This document shows, piece after piece, positions 38,509 through 51,943 of a DNA stretch of 64,000 bases (its first letter is position 1; every line of letters begins with the position of its first letter). The notes beneath the pieces are model-generated. The model did no database searches, was not told where the DNA came from, and saw only the letters and a program-made list of their open reading frames with translations. Both the position numbers and the translations under genes were made by a program. Source of the stretch: Octopus sinensis (lineage: Eukaryota); contig NC_043020.1 of NCBI RefSeq assembly GCF_006345805.1, forward strand, positions 6,014,001 to 6,078,000, given 5' to 3'.

Positions 38509-39577
38509 CAAATAAGAAAATGGAGAAACAATTTAGTTGGTTTATCAGCTTTAGGATATTAGAATGTTTCTGTGTTTTTGTTTTTATGTTTTCGTTTCTC
38601 ATTGTTTCAACGTTTTTTTGGTGTCCTGTACCCATATCATTATCATCATCATCATCATCGTCGTCGTTTAACGTCTGCTTTCCATGCTAGCATGGGTTGG
38701 ACGGTTTGACTGTGGTCTGGCGAACCAGATGGCTGCACCAGACTCCAGTCTTGATCTGGCAGAGTTTCTACAGCTGGATGCCCTTCCTAACGCCAACCAC
38801 TCCGAGAGTGTAGTGGGTGCTTTTTATGTGCCACCAGCACGGGGGCCAGTCAGGCGGTACTGGCAACGACCTCGCTCGAATTTTTACACATGGGCCAGTC
38901 AGGTGGTACTGCCAATGACCTCGCTTGAATTTTTTGGGCCATGCATGTATATATACATATAGATGTAGGTATGTACATATATCATCATCATCATCATCGT
39001 TTTTATAAATGCATATGTTTATATATTATTTATGTTATATATATATGACGGGCTTCTTTCAGTTTCTATCTACCAAATCCACTCACAAGGCTTTAGTCGG
39101 CCTGAGCCTATAGTAGAAGACACTTGCCAAGGTGTCACACAGTGGGACTGAACCCAGAACCATATGGTTAGGAAGCAAGCTTCTTACCACACAACCATGT
39201 CTGCACCTATATATATTAATTTTACTGCAAACCTCAGCCCTTCCCACCACACAGCTTTTGACAGATTTAACATGGTTCGTATGAGCTAGTTTTGCCCTCC
39301 ATCAAAAACTTTTCCAGCCCACTGAATATACATACTACACACTATTTAATGAAATGTAAACTAAGTTATAATGAACGTAATGGTAATTATATAATTGCAC
39401 ATTCTTAACGATCCAGTATTAGTAACTTTAACGATAACAAATTATAAGTTATTTTGTACAGAGTTGTATTCATGAGTTTAATAACCATGTTGTTAGTCCT
39501 CTTATTGTGCATTTAGGGGTCTGTTTTGAGAGTGTAATACAAGACTGAGTGATTCCCAATGAAAGATAAAATTTGAA

Positions 39578-39581
39578 GGTG

Positions 39582-39612
<31 letters not shown>

Positions 39613-39775
39613 GTGTATGTATGTATGTATGTGTGTGTGTATGTATGTGTGTGTATGTATGTATGTATGTATGTATGTATGTGTGTGTATGTATGTATGT
39701 GTGTGTGTGTGTATATATGTGTATGTGTGTGTGTGTGCATGTATGTATGTGTGTATGTATGTATGTATGTGTGTG

Positions 39776-39806
<31 letters not shown>

Positions 39807-41264
39807 GTGCATGTATGTGTGTATGTATGTGTATGTATGTATGTATGTATGTATGTATGCATGTATGTATGTGTGTGTGTGTATGTGTGTATGTATGTGT
39901 GTGTATGTATGTATGTATGTATGTATGTGTGTATGTATGTGTGTATGTATGTGTGTATGTATGTATGTGTGTATGTATGTATGTATGTATGTATGTGTGT
40001 ATGTATGTATGTATGTATGTATGTGTGTATGTATGTATGTGTGTATGTATGTATGCATGTATGTGTGTATGTATGTGTGTATGTATGTATGTTTGTAAGT
40101 ATGTATATATGTATGTGTGTATGTATGTGTGTATGTATGTATGTGTGTATGTATGTATGTGTGTATGTATGTATGTATGTATGTATGTATGTGTGTGTAT
40201 GTGTGTATGTATGTATGTGTGTATGTATGTATGTATGTATGTGTGTATGTATGTATGTGTGTATGTATGTATGTGTGTATGTATGTATGTATGTATGTAT
40301 GTATGTGTGTATGTATGTATGTATGTATGTATGTATGTATGTATGTATGTATGTATGTATGGTGTATGTATGTATGTGTGTATGTATGTATGTATGTATG
40401 TATGTGGTGTGTATGTATGTATGTATGTATGTGTATGTATGTATGTATGTATGTATGTGTGTATGTATGTATGTGTGTATGTATGTATGTGTGTATGTAT
40501 GTATGTATGTATGTATGTATGTATGTGTGTATGTATGTATGTATGTATGTATGTATGTATGTATGTATGTATGTGTGTGTATGTGTGTATGTATGTATGT
40601 GTGTATGTATGTATGTATGTATGTATGTGTGTATGTATGTATGTGTGTATGTATGTATGTGTGTATGTATGTATGTATGTATGTGTGCATGTATGTATGT
40701 ATGTATGTATGTATTATGTATGTATGTGTGTGTATATATGTATGTATGTATGTATGCGTGTATGTATGTATGAATGTATGTATGTGTGTATGTATGTATG
40801 TATGTATGTGTGTATGTATGTGTGTGTATGTATGTGTATGTATGTATGTATGTGTGTATGTATGTATGTGTGTATGTATGTATGTATGTATGTATGTATG
40901 TATGTATGTATGTTTGTATGTATGTGTATGTATGTATGTATGTATGTATGTGTATGTATATGTTTGTAAGTATGTATGTATGTATGTGTGTATGTATGTG
41001 TGTATGTATGTATGTGTGTATGTATGTATGTATGTATGTGTGTATGTATGTGTGTGTATGTATGTATGTATGTATGTGTGTGTGTATGTATGTATGTATG
41101 TATGTATGTGTGTATGTATGTATGTATGTATGTATGTATGTGTGTATGTATGTGTATGTATGTATGTATGTATGTATGTATGTATGTATGTATGTGTGTA
41201 TGTATGTGTGTGTATGTATGTGTGTAGGTATGTGTGTGTATGTATGTGTGTATGTATGTGTGTG

Positions 41265-41295
<31 letters not shown>
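39578..41295. repeat. ~1.7 kb compound (GTAT)n/(GT)n microsatellite
   Basis: Direct reading; it is the source of the spurious 450-610 aa ORFs. Confidence 0.98.
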
Positions 41296-41424
41296 TGCAT
41301 ATCACAGGACTAGAGGACTTGACACAGTCCTTAAATCACAGCCATGGTTTCTACCAGGGTCTCTTTCCAATCAGAAGTCCCCCCTTTTAGCAGGGGACTG
41401 ACTGCGATAGCACTGCCTGTCATC

Positions 41425-41707
41425 ACCACAGATGGCGGAAGCAGATTAAGGAGGAGGGGTCGACACTTTTGAGAGACCATGTATTCTGCATGAAGAACTT
41501 AAGTGTGCTGCTCGAAAGTGCACTGCTGGTGTAAGTGAATGGGGAAAGCTTGGTCTGCAATGTTTGCAGTCGTGTATGCTTGTCAAGAGCAGGGCTCATT
41601 AGCCACCAACGGAGCAGCAAATGCAAAATATAAGTTAGTCCTAGAGCGCACATTGTTCCTGAAGGTCAGCAATGGTCTTCCTCGGTCACGAGTGAATGGC
41701 CATCATC
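41425..41707 (+). mobile_element. RTE/BovB-like LINE 3' end with a C-terminal zinc knuckle
   Basis: RWRKQIKEEGVDTFER...[frameshift] SLVCNVCSRVCLSRAGLISHQR; short UTR and (CAT)n tail. Confidence 0.7.
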
Positions 41708-41771
41708 ATATGTGTGTGTGTATGTGTGTGTGTGTGTGCGTGTGTAAATACACATGCATATATAGATGGAG

Positions 41772-42000
41772 TACGAGGTGGCAGAAACGTTAGCACGCCG
41801 GGCGAAATGCGTTGCCGTATTTCGTCTGCCGTTACGTTCCGAGTTCAAATTCCGCCGAGGTCGACTTTGCCTTTCATCCTTCCGGGGTCGATAAATTAAG
41901 TACCAGTTACGCACTGGGGTCGATGTAATCGACTTAATCCGTTTGTCTGTCCTTGTTTGTCTCCTCTGTGTTTAGCCCCTTGTGGGTAGTAAAGAAATAT
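41772..42000 (+). mobile_element. Near full-length family B SINE; other single copies at about 9577-9775(-), 11675-11890(-), 22500-22660(+), 49020-49225(-), 58345-58545(-)
   Basis: GTGGCAGAAACGTTAGCACGCCGGG...GAGTTCAAATTCC (B box)...CCTTTCATCCTTCCGGGGTCGAT...GTAAAGAAAT. Confidence 0.8.
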
Positions 42001-42027
42001 ATATAGATGGAGTGCAGTACTGGTTGA

Positions 42028-42094
<67 letters not shown>

Positions 42095-42815
42095 TAAGTA
42101 TAGGCAGAGGCATGGCTATGTGGTAAGTAACTTGCTTACCAACCACATGGTTCTGGTTTCAGTCTCACTGCATAGCACCTTGGGCAAGTGTCTTCTACTC
42201 TAGTCTGGAGCCGACCAAAGCCTTGTGAATAGATTTGGTAGACAGAAACTGAAAGAAGTCTGTCTAGATGTCTGTGTGTGTGTGTGTAGGTGTGTGTATG
42301 TTTGTGCATGTATATGTTTGTGTGTCTGTTTGTCCACCCAACCATTACTTGACAACTGATGCTGGTGTGTTTAAAGAAGTTTGCTTTCAAACTACATGGT
42401 TCTGAGTTCAGTCTCACTACATGGCACCTCAGCAAAGTGTCTCCTTATATTATTGCCCCTGGAACAATAGTGCCCTTAGCACCCGGCATCTATATGAGAG
42501 AGAGTCTCTCTAGTTGAACTCTGCAGTATTCATTATTCTAATAGTACATCTAATAACGAGTATGATATACCAAATTGCCATTTTGGCATCAATACCATTC
42601 CCATCGCTAATATTTGTTATTATTGTATGACAATGCTAAACTAAACAAGACGAAGGTAAAGGTGAGATCTTACTCCCCAACTGAAAGAAAATATACAAAA
42701 TTGAAATAGTAACATAGCAAGAGTTGTTCCCCCTCACAAACTCTGACTAAAGAATAGTTTTTCGTATTGGGATTTGGTTTGCAAGATTCTTTATATGAGT
42801 TCGTGTGTTGAAGCA

Positions 42816-43079
42816 TATTCTGATGTGTCTGGGGAGAGTCATTTTCTTTTTGTGCCTTTATAATTTAAAACATTCACCAGTAAAATTCCTACTTATTTGT
42901 TATTTTTATTTCCCTAAAATTTTCGTTGCGTCTTGCAACCAAGACGATTGAAACGGTTACGAGACGCAACGAAAATTTTAGGAAAATAAAAAGAAGAAAT
43001 AAGTGGAAATTTTACCGGTGAATGTTTTAAATTATAAAGGCACAAAAAGAAAATGACTCTCCCCAGACACAACAGAATA
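42816..43079. repeat. Long fold-back palindrome (~125-bp arms, 14-nt loop)
   Basis: TATTCTGATGTGTCTGGGGAGAGTC... pairs with ...GACTCTCCCCAGACACAACAGAATA. Confidence 0.9.
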
Positions 43080-43138
43080 GTTTGATTTCTAATAACAGAC
43101 ACAGTGACTACTCTGCACTTATCAAGTCCTTACATAAA

Positions 43139-43181
<43 letters not shown>

Positions 43182-43190
43182 ATAATAATA

Positions 43191-43235
<45 letters not shown>

Positions 43236-43357
43236 TGATGATGATAATAATAATAAGGATGATGATGATGATAAAAACATACATATGCATATATGTCTGT
43301 TTTGATAAGTGGTACCGTGTAGTTTACAATTCTGTAAATATTATTTTTGTAAATTAC

Positions 43358-43542
43358 AGCTTATAAGCAATCATTTAGTATTGACTAAGGAAAATAGTCT
43401 ACTATCGGGGTATATAAGCCCCTAACAGAAAAAAAATGGGTTTCCCATACGCACAGGAAACCCACTCATTTCTGTTAAGGGCTTATGCGCCCCAATATTA
43501 GATTATTTTCTTTAGTCAATACTAACTGATTGCTTATAAGCT
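43358..43542. mobile_element. Palindromic MITE-like hairpin (~85-bp arms, 10-nt loop)
   Basis: AGCTTATAAGCAATC...GGGTTTCC catacgcaca GGAAACCC...GATTGCTTATAAGCT. Confidence 0.85.
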
Positions 43543-43781
43543 TTAAGCTTATAAAAGATATTAAAGTATATATATATATATCATCATCATCATTTAACGT
43601 CCGTTCTCCATGCTAGCATGGGTTGGACGGTTCAACCGGGGATCTGGGAAGCCAGAAGGCTGCACCAGGCTCCAGTCTTATCTGGCAATGTTTCTACATC
43701 TGGATGCCCTTCCTAACGCCAACCACTCCGTGAGTGTAGTGGGTGCTTTTTACGTGCCACCTGCACGTAAAATATATATAT

Positions 43782-43998
43782 ATTAGAGGGTGCTCATAGT
43801 TCCTGGCTTTGGGTAGAAGAAAATATGGGAGGATCAGTTAATTATGATTTTATTCAATATGTTCCCCTCTCAGATTCACACACCTATTGCAGTGGTCCTT
43901 CAGTTTTTCTAAGCCCTGTAAATGAAGTTGGTAGGTTGGGTCTCCAACAAGCCCTTTCATGACACCCTTAAAGCCAGGAACTTTTCAGTACTGCCTAT
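43782..43998 (-). mobile_element. Mariner-derived MITE; partial second copy at 15951-16142(+)
   Basis: TIRs GAGGGTGCT...AGTTCCTGGCTT / AAGCCAGGAACTTTTCAG. The 15951 copy encodes GLRKLKDRCNKCVNLRGEYVE*, resembling a mariner transposase C-terminus. Confidence 0.7.
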
Positions 43999-44007
43999 CA
44001 AGTGTAT

Positions 44008-44065
<58 letters not shown>

Positions 44066-45324
44066 CACACACACATATATATATATAATTACAGTCACAA
44101 ACACATACACACACATATATTTGGTTCTTATTAAACTGTTGGCATTCTTGCACAGCAAGAAGTTTGCTTCCCAACCACATGGTTCTAGGTTCAGTCCCAC
44201 TATGTGGCATCTATTGACCTACAGTGGTAGGTCAATAGAAACTGAAAGAAGCCAGTTGTGTGTGTGTGTGTTTGTCCCACGCCATTGCTTGACAACCGGA
44301 GTTGGTACGTTTACATCCCGGTAATTTAGCAGCTTGGCAAAAGAGACCATAGAATATGTACTGAGCTTAAGAAAACACGAGTACTCGGGTGGATTTATGC
44401 AAAAAAAGCCCATCCAGGTGGAGCCCCAGCATGGCTGCAGACCAAAGCCTGAAACAAGTAAAAGATAAAAGGGAACAATACAGTGGTGTGTGTTTGTTTT
44501 ATTGCATAAACTCCTTTTAATTGAATAAATTCCTTTTTATTGCATAAGTTTCTTTTTATTGCATAGATTCCTTTTTATACTTCTTCATTTGTAATGGAAA
44601 ATGTAAACACTTTTCTGAGTAGAAAGTTTCAGGTGCAGGAGTGGTGTATGTGGTGAGTAGCTTGCTTACGAACCACATGGTTCTGGGTTCAGTCCTACTG
44701 TATGGCACTTTGGGTGTGTCTTCTACTATAGCCTCAGGCCGACCAAAGCCTTGTGAGTGGATTTGGTAGACGGAAACTGAAAGAAGCCCATCATATATAT
44801 GTATATGCATATATATGTGTGTATATGTGTGTGTGTTTGTGTGTCTGTGTTTGACCCCCAACATCGCTTGACAACTGATGCTGATGTGTTTATGTCCCCG
44901 TAAGTTAGCAGTTTGGCAAAAGAGACCGATAGTACAAGGCTTACGAAGAATAAGTCCTGGGGTCAATTTGCTTGACTAAAGGCGGTGCTCCAGCATGGTC
45001 GCAGTCAAATGACTGAAACAAGTAAAAGAGCAAAAGAGAGTAAGTGCAGGAACAAAATCTGCTTAGGGATCACAAACCCAGGTCCCAAAATGTTTACAGA
45101 CAAGGTTGAGTTTTTAAATTTTAATATCAAAACAAACTCTGGTAAAATAATCCTTTCTACTAAAGGCACAAGGCCTGAAATTTTGGGGAGGGGACTAGTT
45201 GATTACATCAACCCCAGTGTTCCACTGGGAATTTGAACTCACAATGTAGCGGCAAGCAAAATACCACTAAGCATTTCACCCAGCGTGCTAACAATTCTGT
45301 CAGCTTGCTGCCTTAATAATAATG

Positions 45325-45357
<33 letters not shown>

Positions 45358-45360
<3 letters not shown>

Positions 45361-45605
45361 CATTAGGCATGATAAAAAAATATTCAGACAAATGCATAAC
45401 AAAAACACCAGGACTTACAAACACATATAACATACAGAAAATTGCACTACTAGGCACTGCACACATCCTACGCAGAACACTTTCCATACAATAACCATCA
45501 GAGCATCACAACAAATCACAGCACATACCCAAGGCACACAGAGCTGCGCTCGGTAGTGAAGTGAAAGCACGCTATAAAAATAAAACTACTGATAATAATA
45601 ATGAA

Positions 45606-45654
<49 letters not shown>

Positions 45655-45655
45655 G
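45358..45655 (+). mobile_element. Dong/R4-like LINE 3' end embedded in (TAA)n
   Basis: ALGMIKKYSDKCITKTPGLTNTYNIQKIALLGTAHILRRTLSIQ*, then a 3' UTR; (AAT)n on both sides. Confidence 0.7.
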
Positions 45656-45809
45656 TTTTAGTCAAAGAAATCAACCCAAGGACTTATTCTTTGTGAGCCT
45701 AGTACTTATTTTATCGGTCTCTTTTGCTGAACTGTTAGGCTATGGGGACATAAACATCAGCATCAGTTGTCAATCTATGGCAGAAAGACAAACACACACA
45801 CAAATATAT

Positions 45810-45852
<43 letters not shown>

Positions 45853-45857
45853 TATAT

Positions 45858-45900
<43 letters not shown>

Positions 45901-46239
45901 TATATACACACACATGCACACATATAAAACAGGCTTCTGCATAGTTTCCATCCACCGAATCCATTCCCAAGGCATTGGTCAGCCCAGGGTTACAATAGAA
46001 GACATTTGTCCCAATTTAAAAAAAACAAACTGCGATTGATTGTTCAAAATTATTATTGCTGACATTCTGTGGAACCAGTGGAAGCAGGGAGACCCAAGAA
46101 GACATTGCCGGATGTGGTGAAAGGTAATCCAAGGATACTGAGCCCTGTGGGGGATACGATGAAGTGTTGAAATGACTGGCAATACACAGGGCTGAAAAAG
46201 ACCCATCAAGTTATGTTAGGATGGTGGAGTGACGTTCTG

Positions 46240-46578
46240 AAATTATGGATGGAAGCACTCGGTCGGTTACGACAACGAGGGTTCTGGTTGATCCGAATCA
46301 ACGGAACAGCCTGCTCGTGAAATTAACGTGTAAGTGGCTGAGCACTCCACAGACACGTGTACCCTTAACGTAGTTCTCAGGGATATTCAGCGTGACACAG
46401 AGAGTGACAAGGCCGGCCCTTTGAAATACAGGTACAACAGAAGCAGGAAGAAAGAGTGGGAGAAAGTTGTGGTGAAAGAGTACAGCAGGGATCACCACCA
46501 TCCACTGCCGGAGCCTCGTGGAGCTTTAGGTGTTTTCGCTCAATAAACACTCACAATGCCCGGTCTGGGAATCGAAAC
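46240..46578 (-). mobile_element. Family C SINE (5' truncated), body 2 plus tail Z
   Basis: Shares GGTTTCGATTCCCAGACC...TACTCTTT..CAACTTTCTC with 7186-7490, then a different 3' part. Confidence 0.65.
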
Positions 46579-46592
46579 CCAAAAGCCTGTCG

Positions 46593-46627
<35 letters not shown>

Positions 46628-47924
46628 GTGTGTCTGTGTTTGTCCCCCTAGCATTGTTTGACAACCGATGCTGGTGTGTTTATATCCCTGTCACTTAGCG
46701 GTTCGGCAAAAGAGACGGATAGAATAAGTACTGGGCTTACAAAGAATAGGTCCCGGGGTCGATTTGCTCGACTAAAGGCGGTGCTCCAGCATGGCCACAG
46801 TCAAATGACTGAAACAAGTAAAAGAGAGAAAGAGAGTAAAGAGCCAGGTGAGGATTGAACTCAAACCCTTTGTTTGTCAATTAGTCATGTAACTAATAAG
46901 GTAAGAGCTGTTTCATTATGTCTCACCTAATTTTAACTAATCTGCAATCTATTGTTGGGAAGAAGCTGTCCCCATTTTCTTGTATCTCGTGTTGGGTATG
47001 GTTCAATAAACATCATTGTTTCGTTGCCATGGCGACAGACATGCTTCGCCGACCCTGACATCAGAAATGGACAGCATTAAACAGTGGTGAAGAGATAATG
47101 TTGATGGCGGCGGCGGTGGTGGTGTGGTGGTGGTGGTGGTGGTGGTGGTGGTGGTGGTGGTGGTGATGATGGTGACGGTGGTGGTGGTAGTGGTGGTGGT
47201 AGTGGTGGTGGTGGTGGTGGTGGTGGTGGTGGTGATGGTGACGGTGGTGGTGGTAGTGGTGGTGGTAGTGGTGGTATGTTGGTGGAGATGGTGATGATGA
47301 TGATGATGCTGATGATGATGATGATAGCAATATTGATAACATTTCTGGTAATTGTCATGTTGCCATGTAGATAAATTGCATATATATATCATCATCACCA
47401 TCTTCATCATCATCATCATTTAACATCCTTTTTCCAAGTTGGCATGGGTTGGACAGCCAGCATGGAACCCAGGCATCAAATGAAGATGACGATGATGATA
47501 ATGATGATGATAATGATATATATTCTTTTATTTGTTTCAGTCATTTGACTGCAGCCATGCTGGAGCACCGCCTTTACTCAAACAAATCGACCCCAAGACT
47601 TACTCTTTGTAAGTCTAGTACTTAGTCTATTGGTCCTTTTTGTCGAACCACTAAGTGACTGGGACATAAACATACCAGCATCAGTTGTCAAGCGATGGTG
47701 GGGGGGGGGACAAACACAGACACACAAACATATACTCATATATATAAATATACATATATGATAGATTTTTTTCAGTTTCCGTCTACCAAATCCACTCACA
47801 AGGCTTTGTTTGACCCGAGGCTATAGTAGAAGACACTTGGCCAAGGTGCCATTCAGTGAGACTGAAACTGGAACCATGTGGTTGGTAAGCAAGGTTCTTC
47901 CCATACAACCACTCCTGCACCGTG

Positions 47925-48075
47925 AGCCACTACACATTCTTTATCTTCTCTCCTTGTTTCTTTCTGTGTTCCTTTCTGTGGAAGAGCGTAGGCTCGAAAT
48001 GTTAAAGACTTTTTCACTTCCCAAGCGTTATACTAATACACCTGTTTATTGTCCACACCACCTGTCTTTGTCTTT
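47925..48075 (+). mobile_element. Penelope-like terminal-repeat fragment with a hammerhead-like motif (copy 1)
   Basis: CTTT-CTGTGGA-A-GAGC gtag GCTC-GAAA-TGTT-AAAG; closely similar to the copy at 63490-63640. Confidence 0.5.
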
Positions 48076-50232
48076 TTTTTTTTTTGTGAGGCTATAGTAG
48101 AAGACACTTGCCCAAGGTGCCACGTAGTGGGACTGAACCCGGAAACATGTGGTTGGTAAACAAGCTACTTACCACACAGCCACTCCTGTGCCTATAGCTA
48201 CTTACCACACAGTCACTATAGAATAGGCGTATATATGTATGTATAATGTATGTGTGTGTGTGTATATTTGTATATCACATGTTCTCACGTATTATTAAAC
48301 AAAAGTAGATCTAACCTTTATGGTTACAAAGCACCAAAAGAAAGCAGTAAAAGAAAAAAGAAAGAAAGAAAGAATCCAAGAACGGAAGAATGAAAGGAAG
48401 AAAGACTTGGCATTTCTCTTGGCGCCAACATAGTCCTAGATTTCTATAGTTCTCTGCACCAAAGTACAATATATGTGGTGAATGAATTCAAAGAATGGTT
48501 CTACAAGACTTGTGATCTGCAAATTCTGTTTTTGAATTTGCAATGGACAAAAAGCATATATACATGTTTTCTAAAGTATGCAAACAAGTTTAGCATGTGA
48601 CTGCAGTTTTGGTGTAGTTGGTGTTGTTTTTGTATGTTATCATATCTCTGTATCTATTTGTCTCTGCCTGTCTGTATATTTATATGTGCATGTGTGAATG
48701 TGTATGTGTGGGGTCGGTGAATGTCTGGTGCAGGACAATGATATAATCGTGGTGTATGCGGGAGATTTGAAATAGAAACATCTACCTTCTCTTCGTCGAC
48801 CTCCCCAGCGATAACGCACCCTTCCATGTGGCCCGACCCGAACGCTAGAAATAGCAGCTGCTTTTCCCCCACCGTGACAAATCGCTCACACGTCCAGATC
48901 TATACTCTGATCAAAAAGGGTCCAATCCTCCCGTCTGCACGCACATCACGCCTGCCCCTTCCTTTTCTGGTCAGCTCCCCAGCTGCTGACATCATCCCAC
49001 AATAATCTTCTCTCTCTCTTACCCACAAGGGGCTAAACACAGTGGGGACAAACAAGGACAGGCAAACAAATTAAGTCGATTACATCGACTCCAGTGCATA
49101 ACTGGTACTTAATTTATCGACCTTGAAAGGATGAAAGGCAAAGCCGACCTCGGCGGAATTTGAACCCAGAACGTAATGGCTATGCATTTCGCCCGGCTTG
49201 CTAACGTTTCTGCCAGCTCACCGCCTATATAATAATAACATACAGCTTTGGTTTTAAATTCATCATCATCATCATCATTTAGCGTCCGTTTTCCATGCTA
49301 GCATGGGTTGGACGGTTCTACTGGGGTCTGTGAAGCCAGAAGGCTTCATCAGGCCCAGTCAGATCTGGCAGTGTTTCTACGGCTGGATGCCCTTCCTAAC
49401 GCCAACCACTCCATGAGTGTAATGGGTGCTTTTTACATGCCACCCGCACAGGTGCCAGACAGAGCTGGCAAACGGCCACGAACGGATGGTGCTTTTACGT
49501 GTCACCGGCACGGGGCCAGGCGAGGCTGGCAACGGACATGAACGGATGGTGCTTTTACGTGCCACCAACACGGGGGCCATACAGAGCTGGCAAACGGCCC
49601 CATACAGAGCTGGCAAAATGGCACAAAAAAAAATAAAGCTACATACACACATTCCTTCACACACACACACACACACACGGATCAACATACATATGTTCAT
49701 ACATACATGGGAGAGTCTGGCTGCTCAGAAAAACTCATCTGCGTGGTGCAAGAGTTTGGTGGCGCCAATCTTGCTCAAGTGCTGGACAATGGAGAGGCTT
49801 TTGATGCATTCCCATTCTATACATAGATATATCATCATCATCATCATCATCGTCGTCGTCGTCGTCATTTAACGTCTGTGGTCCAAGCTGGCATGGGTTG
49901 GATGGTTTGAGTGAGGACTGGCAGAACGGAAGCTGTACCAGACTCCAGTTTGATTTGGCACACCCAGTACACTCTGTAAAGTGGTTGGCGTTAAGGAAGG
50001 GCATCCAGCTGTAGAAACCAAGCCACAACAGAGAGTTGGGGTTTGGACAGCTCCTAGCTAACCAGCTCCATGTCAAACTGTCCAACCCATGCCAGCAAGG
50101 AAAGCAGAAGTAAAATGATGATGGTGATGATATATATATATATATATAAAACTTATAAACAAGGGCAAAAGAAAAAAATTCTAATGCCAAATATTTTTTT
50201 CTTTTGCCCTTGTTTATAAATTTAACCTTTAA

Positions 50233-50454
50233 CCCTTTAGCATTTAAACTGGCCATATCTGGCCAAAAGTATTCTGCCTGTTTTATGTTCAAATTGGCCA
50301 GATCTGGTCTCTCACACCAACCCTACAATATTGTTTTAAAAATTAACAGCTACCTCATCAAAATCTCATAGCTACAAGATAATGCATGATTAGTTCAAAA
50401 CAATGTGGATAAAAAAAGCATTAATTTTGGCAGAATAATGTGAACACTAAAGGG
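50233..50454. mobile_element. Second copy of the piggyBac-like MITE
   Basis: TTAA|CCCTTTAG...CTAAAGGG|TTAA; internal sequence similar to 21056-21274. Confidence 0.85.
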
Positions 50455-50521
50455 TTAAAGGTATTTTTTAATATGCTGGCCATTGATAGAAATTTTTTCG
50501 AAAAATTTTATCCTATATTAG

Positions 50522-50552
<31 letters not shown>

Positions 50553-50946
50553 GGGTATGATGGGTAAATTGTTACCATTTTATATTTTTAACTTTGCACA
50601 TGTGCATTGTTTGTTTTTGATTTTGTCGACTACACAGTATAGTAGGGTCAGTTGGGCACCATCTGTGAGAAAAACAGCACATATATATATGTAAAGGTAA
50701 GATCCAAGGATGCAGGTGTAGGAAGTTAATAAGCATCGAGCAGTCTGTAGAAGGTATAAAAAATAACTTTCAGAAACAAAAGGTGTTTATTGACGTACAA
50801 GGATGTAAATTTTCCCTATATCAAAGTTTGATAAACTGGCAAGAGTAATTTATAGATCACGGTTAGCAACTGTGGTTGCTGTGTATGTGAATAAAAATCC
50901 CAAATGTAGGGAATGGAGTGGATGAAATCCAGGCTATGTATGTTCT

Positions 50947-51048
50947 ATAGCTAGCAGAATCTCAAAAGTACTTATTACCCAAACAAGGGGTAGCTAGCAG
51001 ATTAGCCCTCGTTTGGGAAATAACTACTTCTGAGATTCTGCTGGCTAT
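50947..51048. repeat. Short inverted repeat (43-bp arms)
   Basis: ATAGCTAGCAGAATCTCA...CCCAAAC pairs with GTTTGGG...TGAGATTCTGCTGGCTAT. Confidence 0.8.
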
Positions 51049-51444
51049 GAAACTCTTTACTCTTTTACTCTTTTACTTGTTTCAGTCATTTGACTGCGGC
51101 CATGCTGGAGCACCGCCTTTAATCGAGCAGCTCAACCCCGGGACTTCTTCTTTTGTAAGCCCAGTACTTATTCTATCGGTCTCTTTTGCCGAACCACTAA
51201 GTAACGGGGACACAAACACACCAGCATTGGTTGTCAAGCAATGCTAGGGGGACAAACACACACATACATATATACGACAGGCTTCTTTTCAGTTTCCGTC
51301 TACCAAATCCACTCACAAGGCTTTGGTCGGCCTGAGGCTATAGTAGAAGACACTTGCCCAAGGTGCCACGCAGTGGGACTGAACCCGGAACCATGTGGCT
51401 GGTAAACAAGCTATTTACCACACAGCCCCTCCGTGTATAAATTT

Positions 51445-51840
51445 TTTTTATTGCCCGCAGGGGGCTAAAAACAGAGGGGACAAACAAAGGGATTAAGTCA
51501 ATTACATCGACTCCAGTGCATAACTGGGACTTATTTAATCAACCCCGAAAGGATGAAAGGCTAAGTTGACCTTGACGGAATTTGAACTCAGAATGTAACG
51601 GCAGACAAAATACCTATTTCTTTATTACCCATAAGGGACTAAACATAGACGGGACAAACAAGGACAGACATAGGTATTAAGTCGATTACATCGCCCCCAG
51701 TGCGTAACTGGTACTTATTTAATCGACCCCGAATGGAGGAAAGGCAAAGTTGGCCTCGGCAGAATTTGAACTCAGAATGTAACGGCAGACAAAATACCGC
51801 TCAGCATTTCACCCGGAGTGCTAACGATTCTGCCAGCTTG
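51445..51840 (-). mobile_element. Family B SINE dimer
   Basis: Two units joined at AAATACCTATTTCTTT; head sequence only on the right. Confidence 0.75.
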
Positions 51841-51896
51841 CTGTTTATGAAACATATATAGCCAGGATTTTATCTACATCATTTCCTACATTTTGA

Positions 51897-51943
<47 letters not shown>

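Noticed and set aside
39470-41390. 450-610 aa His/Thr/Tyr and Met/Val/Cys ORFs
   Set aside because: Pure microsatellite translation.
48654-49010. GC-richer unique-looking segment with a 72-aa ORF
   Set aside because: No recognisable domain and no consistent splice sites; it may be a decayed TE fragment but I cannot classify it.
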